Below, in pieces: positions 33,497 to 38,906 of a stretch of 44,940 nt of DNA. Within the stretch, counting starts at the first letter, position 1; each line of letters opens with the position of its first letter. This DNA is from a virus. The notes under the pieces are model-generated. The model was not told the origin of the DNA. It ran no database searches and saw only the letters and a list, made by a program, of their open reading frames with translations. Made by a program: the position numbers and the translations under genes. The stretch lies in the IMG/VR virus record IMGVR_UViG_3300048836_000035; one strand, given 5' to 3'.

Positions 33497-33512
33497 AGTC
33501 ATACGTATGACA
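33497..33512. promoter_or_regulatory. Palindrome copy, 15/16, overlapping a stop codon and preceding the SD/ATG at 33485
   Basis: The - strand reads TGTCATACGTATGACT-ggagaatcgaa-ATG. The TGA of the 58-aa gene lies within the motif. Confidence 0.9.
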
Positions 33513-33675
33513 TTTCCGACGTTGTGGACTCGACTTCCCGACGCAGTTCAGCCGTGAGGCGCGCTCTCATATCTGCGAAGCGCCCGTGCTTGGACAGGTT
33601 CGGGTAATCGTGCTTGGCCCTACGCTTCGCCTGCCTGTGCCTGCGAACGTAGGGATTGCGAGATTTGCGGCTCAT
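33499..33675 (-). CDS. Arginine-rich basic protein (58 aa)
   Basis: MSRKSRNPYVRRHRQAKRRAKH... ATGA coupling upstream. Its stop codon lies inside palindrome copy 33497-33512. Confidence 0.5.
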   Translation of the reverse strand: MSRKSRNPYVRRHRQAKRRAKHDYPNLSKHGRFADMRARLTAELRREVESTTSEMSYV

Positions 33676-33848
33676 CCCCGCAGCACTCGCGTAACAATGT
33701 ACACCGCAAGCAAGGGAAAGCCAAGCAGCGGCATGGTGAAGCACAGGACAATCGCCACGATGAGTGCCAGCAACGGCAACGCAAGGCAGGCAACTATCCA
33801 TGACACCACGATGAGCAGCAGCATGGCTCCCAACATTTCGGCAATCAT
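33672..33848 (-). CDS. Small two-TM membrane protein (58 aa, below track cutoff)
   Basis: SD ggaggg. MIAEMLGAMLLLIVVSWIVACLALPLLALIVAIVLCFTMPLLGFPLLAVYIV. Confidence 0.5.
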   Translation of the reverse strand: MIAEMLGAMLLLIVVSWIVACLALPLLALIVAIVLCFTMPLLGFPLLAVYIVTRVLRG

Positions 33849-34048
33849 TTCTCAGCCCTCCAAAAGTGTTTGAACCGAGCGGCTATATCGTCATACGTAT
33901 GACACCTGCCGCTCGCAGGTAGCAATACGGGACATACCAGCAGAATCCACGTGCCGGGGTATGTCCAATCCCACGGCATGGCCCACAATTCCGCCATCTC
34001 GTGCGCCCATACCGCGAGTGCAGTCAGGCACACAAGCAAGCGGTTCAC
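33845..34048 (-). CDS. Small membrane protein (67 aa)
   Basis: GTG start 1 nt after the previous TAA. Hydrophobic segments. The palindrome lies in its 3' part, read as C-H-T-Y-D. Confidence 0.4.
   Translation of the reverse strand: MNRLLVCLTALAVWAHEMAELWAMPWDWTYPGTWILLVCPVLLPASGRCHTYDDIAARFKHFWRAEK
33889..33904. promoter_or_regulatory. Palindrome copy, 15/16, 40 nt upstream of ATG 33848
   Basis: cGTCATACGTATGACa. Lies in the 3' end of gene 33845..34048. Confidence 0.9.
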
Positions 34049-34049
34049 G

Positions 34050-34271
34050 TTAGCCCCTATGCGGCTTGTAGTGGGTGTTGCGGGTCCAGAACTCGCCACT
34101 CAGCACGTCCACGGCTCCCACGGGCGACGTGTACGCGGTCGGATGGGCGTCGTGAGGGTGTCCGGGCGGAATGCGCGGGTCGTCGACCACGACCACGATA
34201 GCAGGCAGTCCGATCTGGATGCGATGAGGCAGGTCGTCCCGGTATAGGACGATGGGCTTTGCGTCTGTCAT
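34050..34271 (-). CDS. Hypothetical protein (73 aa)
   Basis: ATGA coupling. Confidence 0.5.
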   Translation of the reverse strand: MTDAKPIVLYRDDLPHRIQIGLPAIVVVVDDPRIPPGHPHDAHPTAYTSPVGAVDVLSGEFWTRNTHYKPHRG

Positions 34272-34450
34272 TTCCCTTCCCCCGTTAGTGACTCTCGGTA
34301 GAGTCGGTTAACGAATTGCTTGATCCGTGCGTGCCGTCCCGCCGCCACACGTGTCATGTTGGGCGTCGTCCGGTCCTGCACCAGCAGGTAGTCGTAAAGC
34401 TGCAAGAGTTCCTTGCGGCTCAACGGCTTTTCACCTAACGGGCGGATCAT
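34268..34450 (-). CDS. Hypothetical protein (60 aa)
   Basis: Start MIRPLGEK. ATGA coupling on both sides. Confidence 0.5.
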   Translation of the reverse strand: MIRPLGEKPLSRKELLQLYDYLLVQDRTTPNMTRVAAGRHARIKQFVNRLYRESLTGEGK

Positions 34451-34659
34451 GCCCCGTCCGCCAGTCTGCCGTACTCGTCGCACTCGGCGTCTGCCTTGCG
34501 TACCGCATCCCCGAATGCCTTGCCGTCGTGATAGACGATGTGGCGGGATGCCTCGCGGGTAGCGAGCCACACTAGCGCGTCAAAGCGGCGGGCTGCCAGC
34601 GTTGCCAGCGTGTCATACGACACGGGCAATTTGGCGGATGGTTTGAGTCTGACGATCAT
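34447..34659 (-). CDS. Hypothetical protein (70 aa)
   Basis: SD aaggtga. The palindrome ends 10 nt upstream of the ATG. Confidence 0.55.
   Translation of the reverse strand: MIVRLKPSAKLPVSYDTLATLAARRFDALVWLATREASRHIVYHDGKAFGDAVRKADAECDEYGRLADGA
34611..34619. promoter_or_regulatory. Half-site TGTCATACG followed by acacgg (looks like a copy lacking TATG)
   Basis: gcgTGTCATACGacacgg, compared with TGTCATACGTATGACacgg at 29591. Confidence 0.4.
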
Positions 34660-34669
34660 GTTGTCACCT

Positions 34670-34685
34670 TGTCATACGTATGACG
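34670..34685. promoter_or_regulatory. Palindrome copy, 15/16, between stop 34686 and the SD/ATG at 34659
   Basis: The - strand reads CGTCATACGTATGACA-aggtgacaac-ATG. Confidence 0.9.
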
Positions 34686-35048
34686 TTAGGCCCGGACCAA
34701 CTGGACGGGTATGCCCCGCAACGTCGCTGCACGGGTCCAAGCAAGTGCGTACAGCGCATCCTCATGTGAGTACACGTTGCCGTCAACGTGGACTTCCCAC
34801 TCCGCCCCACGTGGGCGCAAGTCGCGACCTCGCAGGAATGAATCAATGGACCAATCCGCCATTGCGACCGCAGCGCCCCAATGCGAGCGCGTAGTCTCGC
34901 AGCCCGGATTGAGCGGGGTACGTACAAGCATCTGCGGCAGCACAGCTAGGTGCAGCGGCAGCGGCTTGATGCCACGCGGCTTGCCGACTGTCTTAGTCCG
35001 TGTGGCCCTGCCTTGCGGCTTGGCCCGGAACTTGGTGGAACGTGTCAT
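34686..35048 (-). CDS. Hypothetical basic-N-terminus protein (start uncertain: 35048 or 35081)
   Basis: The ATG at 35048 is the ATG inside the palindrome (MTRSTKFRAKPQGR...). The alternative ATG at 35081 lies ~10 nt from the predicted TSS. Confidence 0.4.
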   Translation of the reverse strand: MTRSTKFRAKPQGRATRTKTVGKPRGIKPLPLHLAVLPQMLVRTPLNPGCETTRSHWGAAVAMADWSIDSFLRGRDLRPRGAEWEVHVDGNVYSHEDALYALAWTRAATLRGIPVQLVRA

Positions 35049-35058
35049 ACGTATGACC
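35043..35058. promoter_or_regulatory. Palindrome copy, 15/16, ~35-50 nt downstream of the predicted sigma-70 promoter
   Basis: TGTCATACGTATGACc. Its ATG (35048) is in frame with ORF 34686..35126. Confidence 0.9.
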
Positions 35059-35097
35059 TTTTGGCCCTTTTCATCAAACATTACTACCAGAGTGCAC

Positions 35098-35126
35098 ATT
35101 ATGACACATTGGGCGCAAAAAGTCAA
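35098..35126 (-). promoter_or_regulatory. Sigma-70-type promoter with extended -10
   Basis: The - strand reads TTGACT (35126-35121), a 17-nt spacer ending in TGt, then CATAAT (35103-35098). Confidence 0.65.
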
Positions 35127-35177
35127 TAGATGGGCGTATTCGGTTTTGGGCGCATCTTGGGCGCAGTCTTGGGCGCA
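35109..35177. repeat. Array of five TTGGGCGCA 9-mers (one variant ATGGGCGTA) around that promoter
   Basis: Copies at 35109-17, 35130-38 (variant), 35146-54, 35157-65 and 35169-77. The last three are 11-12 bp apart. Confidence 0.85.
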
Positions 35178-35230
35178 TCCCTATTCCCGCGCCTTACGCG
35201 AGCGGCTAGCGCGGGTACAAATCGCGGACC

Positions 35231-35264
35231 AAAAAAAAGCCCCCGATCCTTTCGGACCGGGGGC
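35231..35264 (-). terminator. Rho-independent terminator after the first leftward gene
   Basis: The - strand reads gcccccggtccgaaaggatcgggggc followed by tttttttt. Sits 17 nt after the stop at 35281. Confidence 0.85.
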
Positions 35265-35280
35265 AATTGGTGCGCGTGAG

Positions 35281-35976
35281 TTACGCGGCTTTCTTTGTCT
35301 CGCCAGCTTCGCCCGTTGCGATTGCCAGCACGTGCGCGAGAATCTTTTGAGTCTCAACGCAGTCGGCCACGGTCAGGGCCGGCGCGGCTTTCGCAATCTG
35401 CTCGCACAGCAGAACCACGGACGCGCGAGCCTTGTCCGCCTCGGACATGGTAGCGGCCGCAGTCTTGGCAGCCTCCGCCGCCTCCGCCTTGCCTTTCGCA
35501 TCGCGAATCTTGCCGAACGTGAGCGGCTTGCCGTCCTTGTCCGTCAACTTGACGCCGAGCTTATACGCGCCCGTCATCATGCTGACCGCCGTTGACAGTC
35601 CCCGCGGCACGTTGTAGGTCACGGTCCCGTCCTTGCGCGGCTTGGATGCCGAGCAATTGCACGCGACCGCTATCCCGTCCTTATTGCTGGAAATGTCAGC
35701 CTTCCAGCCTTCCCACGCCGTCGCGAAAGTCTCGGCATTGCCAGCTTCGACCGCGATCAGAACCGCTGCGTCGTAGTTGCCGGTCCGGTCCTTATTCAAG
35801 GCGGCCTGTCCAATCTCCACGTTACGCGCGGAGACTGTCGCAGCCTTGAGCATATCCCGCAAATGCGCGAGCTTGCCGGCAACACTTTCTTCCGTGGTCG
35901 GCACTACTCGCGACGTTGCGACGTTGCTGGAAACGACCACGGGCGAACCCTTGCGGCTTGTCTTAGCTTTGCTCAT
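35281..35976 (-). CDS. Early protein of unknown function (231 aa)
   Basis: First ORF of the leftward block. A/K/T-rich. Followed by its own terminator. Confidence 0.65.
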   Translation of the reverse strand: MSKAKTSRKGSPVVVSSNVATSRVVPTTEESVAGKLAHLRDMLKAATVSARNVEIGQAALNKDRTGNYDAAVLIAVEAGNAETFATAWEGWKADISSNKDGIAVACNCSASKPRKDGTVTYNVPRGLSTAVSMMTGAYKLGVKLTDKDGKPLTFGKIRDAKGKAEAAEAAKTAAATMSEADKARASVVLLCEQIAKAAPALTVADCVETQKILAHVLAIATGEAGETKKAA

Positions 35977-36318
35977 TTTCCATTTCCTTTCATTGGTGGA
36001 TTGTGGCTTGCCTTTCCTGTGCTCGCGTAGCAGGCAGCAAGCCCGTAGTCGCTACGCAAGCCGCAAGGATTCCGCGCGTAGCCTTTCCGCTACGTCCGGT
36101 CCTTGCGCTAGTTGTTAAAGAGCATCCGACGATGCTGTACCGTTGCCGACCTAGCGCCCCATCAATCCGCGCGGCATCCCGCGCCCCATGTCCGGGCCTA
36201 TCAGTCAGCTAGGGTTTTAAAGAGCATCAACGTAGCGTGAAGCTACAGTTGCCGTTATACGCGCATCCGGCACGCAATGCAATACCCGAGTGCAAAAAAA
36301 TTCCGGGCCGTTCTACCT

Positions 36319-36334
36319 TGTCATACGTATAACA
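36319..36334. promoter_or_regulatory. Palindrome copy, 15/16 (core G to A), at the head of the leftward block
   Basis: TGTCATACGTATaACA, 343 nt upstream of ATG 35976. Confidence 0.8.
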
Positions 36335-36351
36335 TGGCCCGAATCTTGCAC

Positions 36352-36367
36352 GGCACGAACCATGCCA
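36352..36367 (-). promoter_or_regulatory. Weaker -24/-12-like site just upstream of palindrome 36319-36334
   Basis: The - strand reads TGGCATGGTTCGTGCC. Confidence 0.3.
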
Positions 36368-36523
36368 ACCCGCAGGTAGATTATGTTAAATGACCCGGAT
36401 AGCACCATATATGTATGAGAGCCGCGTCCCCATGCTGTGACCGCATTAGAAGCCCGTAGCAAGGCGCAAGGCTCTACCCTGTACCCTTGCCTACCCTTGA
36501 CCGCGATCGTGCAGCCTTGCGAG

Positions 36524-36544
36524 TTATCCACAGAATTATCCACA
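36524..36544 (+). promoter_or_regulatory. Two tandem perfect DnaA boxes
   Basis: TTATCCACA at 36524-32 and 36536-44, 12 bp start to start. Confidence 0.75.
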
Positions 36545-36566
36545 GGCTAACCCATTGATTTGTAAG

Positions 36567-36582
36567 GTTGCTATTTAGCAAC
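36567..36582. repeat. Inverted repeat GTTGCTA-tt-TAGCAAC
   Basis: Perfect 7-bp arms, 23 bp from the DnaA boxes. Confidence 0.8.
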
Positions 36583-36615
36583 ACTTCCCATGCTGGCGCA
36601 CGGGGTAACGTGTCT

Positions 36616-36631
36616 TGGCATGATAGTTGCA
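36616..36631 (+). promoter_or_regulatory. Sigma-54-type -24/-12-like site or iteron
   Basis: TGGCATGATAGTTGCA. GG and GC are at the consensus spacing (TGGCACG-N4-TTGCA). Confidence 0.5.
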
Positions 36632-36662
36632 TAGCGTGCTACGGTCGCAGCTTCGCTGCTCT

Positions 36663-36678
36663 TGGCATGATCCTTGCA
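36663..36678 (+). promoter_or_regulatory. Sigma-54-type -24/-12-like site or iteron
   Basis: TGGCATGATCCTTGCA. The 20-bp context cTTGGCATGAT..TTGCATA is shared with the site at 36616. Confidence 0.5.
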
Positions 36679-36701
36679 TACCTTGACCCCATGCCATGCC
36701 A

Positions 36702-36717
36702 TGCAATAACCATGCCA
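36702..36717 (-). promoter_or_regulatory. Sigma-54-type -24/-12-like site or iteron
   Basis: The - strand reads TGGCATGGTTATTGCA. Confidence 0.5.
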
Positions 36718-36734
36718 CTCCGACCGCATCAGGT

Positions 36735-36750
36735 TGGCATACATCTTGCA
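36735..36750 (+). promoter_or_regulatory. Sigma-54-type -24/-12-like site or iteron
   Basis: TGGCATACATCTTGCA. Confidence 0.45.
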
Positions 36751-36795
36751 TATCCCCCCCGGATGGGGGTAGGTTACATAATGCACAGATGACCA

Positions 36796-36811
36796 TGCAC
36801 AATCCGCGCCA
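36796..36811 (-). promoter_or_regulatory. Weaker -24/-12-like site
   Basis: The - strand reads TGGCGCGGATTGTGCA. Confidence 0.3.
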
Positions 36812-36864
36812 CTTGACATAAGCTCTTGGTGGTGGTGGTGGTTTAACAATAAACATGGACCACA

Positions 36865-36880
36865 TGCATCTTTCATGCCA
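36865..36880 (-). promoter_or_regulatory. Sigma-54-type -24/-12-like site or iteron
   Basis: The - strand reads TGGCATGAAAGATGCA. Confidence 0.4.
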
Positions 36881-36900
36881 CATTACATAACGCAGCACCA

Positions 36901-36916
36901 TGCAAGAATCGTGCCA
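36901..36916 (-). promoter_or_regulatory. Sigma-54-type -24/-12-like site, perfect consensus
   Basis: The - strand reads TGGCACGATTCTTGCA. Confidence 0.55.
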
Positions 36917-36917
36917 T

Positions 36918-36947
36918 GTGACATAATCACGGCCATGTTGACATAAT
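36918..36947 (+). promoter_or_regulatory. Rightward sigma-70-type promoter with extended -10, plus an overlapping second TGaCATAAT at 36919-36927
   Basis: GTGACA (36918-23), 18-nt spacer, TGaCATAAT (-10 at 36942-47). A tandem gtgacataatc motif lies 20 bp upstream. Confidence 0.55.
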
Positions 36948-37223
36948 CTTGGGCCGGGGGCACCCCCCTGCCGTGCAGGCAGGAAAGCGAATGCACCCAA
37001 AGACGCTGATGAGGGGAGGAATAGCTGATTTAACAGCAGTAGGCCCAGAGGCGGGGCATGGAGAGCCCCGAGACCCGGAAGGTCGGCCCGCTGGGCCTCT
37101 GGCGCGACTGACTAAAAACAGGGGTGCAAAGGTCGATCGGTCCACGAGAGACCGACCTCAAGGGCAGAATAGTGCAAGGTAATTCAACACCTAATACACA
37201 ACTAAACAATCTCATCAACAGAA

Positions 37224-37262
37224 TGCATAATTTTGACGTTTTTCGGTCTATACTAGGTATAG
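37224..37262 (+). promoter_or_regulatory. 39-bp bipartite promoter-like element, copy B
   Basis: The + strand reads TGCATAA-N14-GGTCTATACTAGGTATAG, 160 nt upstream of the first late gene. Same spacing as copy A, and 24/25 specified positions are identical. Confidence 0.6.
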
Positions 37263-37421
37263 AGGACGGGGAGGACGTACAACTAGACGACCCGTACGAT
37301 ACCGCCGTTGGGCGGCGGGTATCGAGGGAGCAAGGTACGGACGTGCCATGCGACCGTGCCCGTCGCCTCGGCGGAATAAGAACAGAGGCGCACCAGCGCC
37401 GATTTCTAGGATCATCCTACT

Positions 37422-38189
37422 ATGTCTCCAGAGATGAAGAAGAAGCTGGTCGAGCTCCAAGCGAGAGCCAGCCTTGCTTCTATTGCAATACCGTCTCCCT
37501 TCGGGGACGCCGTCGGTCTAGCAGCCGATGGGCTGGGTTACGCAGTAGACCCGTCCCAGCGCACGCCCTTGAACTTTGGGTTGACTGCGGCAGGTCTCTT
37601 GCCCTTCGTTCCGGCTAGCTCCGTCCTCAGACGTGCCACGGACGCCACCCAGAAGGCTCGTCCCGAGCTTTTCGACGACGAGGCGGCAGAGGTAGCCAAG
37701 AGGGCTCTGGACCGCCCCACGAGCTCCGTAGGCCGTGCAGTAGCCGCTACGATCAGCCCTGAGGAACAGTTCGCGCTTGCTCGCGCTGTCAACAAGGGCA
37801 ATCCCCGTGCCATGCAGGTACCAGATAAGGACGGCCCGGAAGTCGACGCGGTAATCAAAGCTCTTGACGCCCGTAGAGGCAAGGCAGCTGCTCCGGCAGC
37901 TACACCTACTAAGTTCGTCCCAGACTACGGCGGCAGATTCTTCAAGGAGACGCCGCGAGGACCGGGCCAACTGACGTTCAAGAGCTCGGTACACTTAAAG
38001 GACGGTTCCCGTCTGTCTGGGTTCAACGACCGAGACCAGACCGTGCTCTATGGGTACACTAAGAACGGAGATCTATTTACGCTTCGCCGTGAGTTCCTTG
38101 ATCCAACCAAGATCGTAGGCTCTAGGGACAGCGGAAAGACGGCTGAAATGCTACGAACAGTCATGGGATCTGCTAAGAATGTCAAGTAA
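37422..38189 (+). CDS. Hypothetical protein, first gene of the rightward block (255 aa)
   Basis: Long ORF with no recognisable motif. Confidence 0.65.
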   Translation: MSPEMKKKLVELQARASLASIAIPSPFGDAVGLAADGLGYAVDPSQRTPLNFGLTAAGLLPFVPASSVLRRATDATQKARPELFDDEAAEVAKRALDRPTSSVGRAVAATISPEEQFALARAVNKGNPRAMQVPDKDGPEVDAVIKALDARRGKAAAPAATPTKFVPDYGGRFFKETPRGPGQLTFKSSVHLKDGSRLSGFNDRDQTVLYGYTKNGDLFTLRREFLDPTKIVGSRDSGKTAEMLRTVMGSAKNVK

Positions 38190-38532
38190 GGACACCCAAT
38201 TCCCGGCAGGTACCTCAGGGAACCCGTCGGGTCGACCTAAGGGGTCGAAGAACAAGATCACGCTCCAGAAGATGATGCTGGAGGAGCAGCTTCGGGATGC
38301 CTCGATGGCGAGGATGCCCGAGGTTCTCGATAAGGCGTTCGAGTTGGCCCTCCAAGGCGACCGGACCATGCTCAAACTGCTCCTTGAACTGCATATGTCC
38401 AAGGGTATCTCGGAAGAGAAGCAGGCCCAAGAGAAGGTTTCCATCCAAATTACCACCAATACCCCGGCTGAGAAGCGGAAGGAAGAGGTGGCACTAGAGA
38501 CAGCGCAAGAGGTTATCGAAAATGGCAAGTAA
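38179..38532 (+). CDS. Small-terminase-like protein (DUF5681 pattern)
   Basis: FPAGTSGNPSGRPKGSKNK is characteristic of that family. Lies upstream of TerL. Confidence 0.55.
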   Translation: MSSKDTQFPAGTSGNPSGRPKGSKNKITLQKMMLEEQLRDASMARMPEVLDKAFELALQGDRTMLKLLLELHMSKGISEEKQAQEKVSIQITTNTPAEKRKEEVALETAQEVIENGK

Positions 38533-38668
38533 CAAGGAATGCATCCCGGCTTCCACCGGTCCCGGATTCAAGCCCCCGGCTGCTCCGACCCAGAAGAAGG
38601 CCCCTCCGTCGGGTGCCCAGTCCCTCAAGACGTCCCCGAACTCGCACTCGCGCGGTAAGGGCGACTGA
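38522..38668 (+). CDS. Possible 48-aa Pro/Lys-rich protein (below track cutoff)
   Basis: ATG follows gagg. MASNKECIPASTGPGFKPPAAPTQKK... Confidence 0.25.
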   Translation: MASNKECIPASTGPGFKPPAAPTQKKAPPSGAQSLKTSPNSHSRGKGD

Positions 38669-38669
38669 T

Positions 38670-38906
38670 ATGCCGATCCCCAAGGTTCGAGTTAAGGGCG
38701 GCATTGCAGGGCAGGTCAAGGAGACTGCCATGGACGTTGCCTATGCAGCGGCCAAGGGGGTCGAGAAGGCTAAGGCGGTTGCCCGTGAGGGCATTGCTCA
38801 GGTAGCCCGAGACGGTGCTCTTGCTAACGCCATGGCCGACGTAAAGCGTCGTACGAACGACGTCGAGAACCCGGCTAGCGGGGACCCGTACAAAAAGAGG
38901 AAGTAA
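38670..38906 (+). CDS. Hypothetical protein (78 aa)
   Basis: Start MPIPKVRVKGG is preferred over the track's 38613. Confidence 0.45.
   Translation: MPIPKVRVKGGIAGQVKETAMDVAYAAAKGVEKAKAVAREGIAQVARDGALANAMADVKRRTNDVENPASGDPYKKRK

Noticed and set aside
13419-36334. Whether the dispersed palindrome copies could be a CRISPR array or MITE-like transposon ends.
   Set aside because: Spacing is irregular, from about 0.4 to 7 kb, and the copies lie in or between functional genes. There are no flanking direct repeats or paired terminal structures, and no cas or transposase genes.
36813-36842. TTGACA at 36813-18 as a promoter -35 box, and the (TGG)5 microsatellite at 36827-36842.
   Set aside because: No acceptable -10 hexamer lies 16-19 bp downstream; the spacer is the TGG repeat itself. 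The microsatellite is short, and I cannot assign it a function.
36313-37618. Track ORFs in the control region (36313..36543-, 36568..36792+, 36571..36876-, 36575..37000-, 36927..37145-, 36949..37182+, 37030..37218-, 37124..37618+, 37248..37460-).
   Set aside because: They overlap each other in several frames and lack SD sequences. Their odd H/C/M/W-rich composition is explained by the CATG/TGCA repeat content. The region is better read as regulatory or origin DNA.
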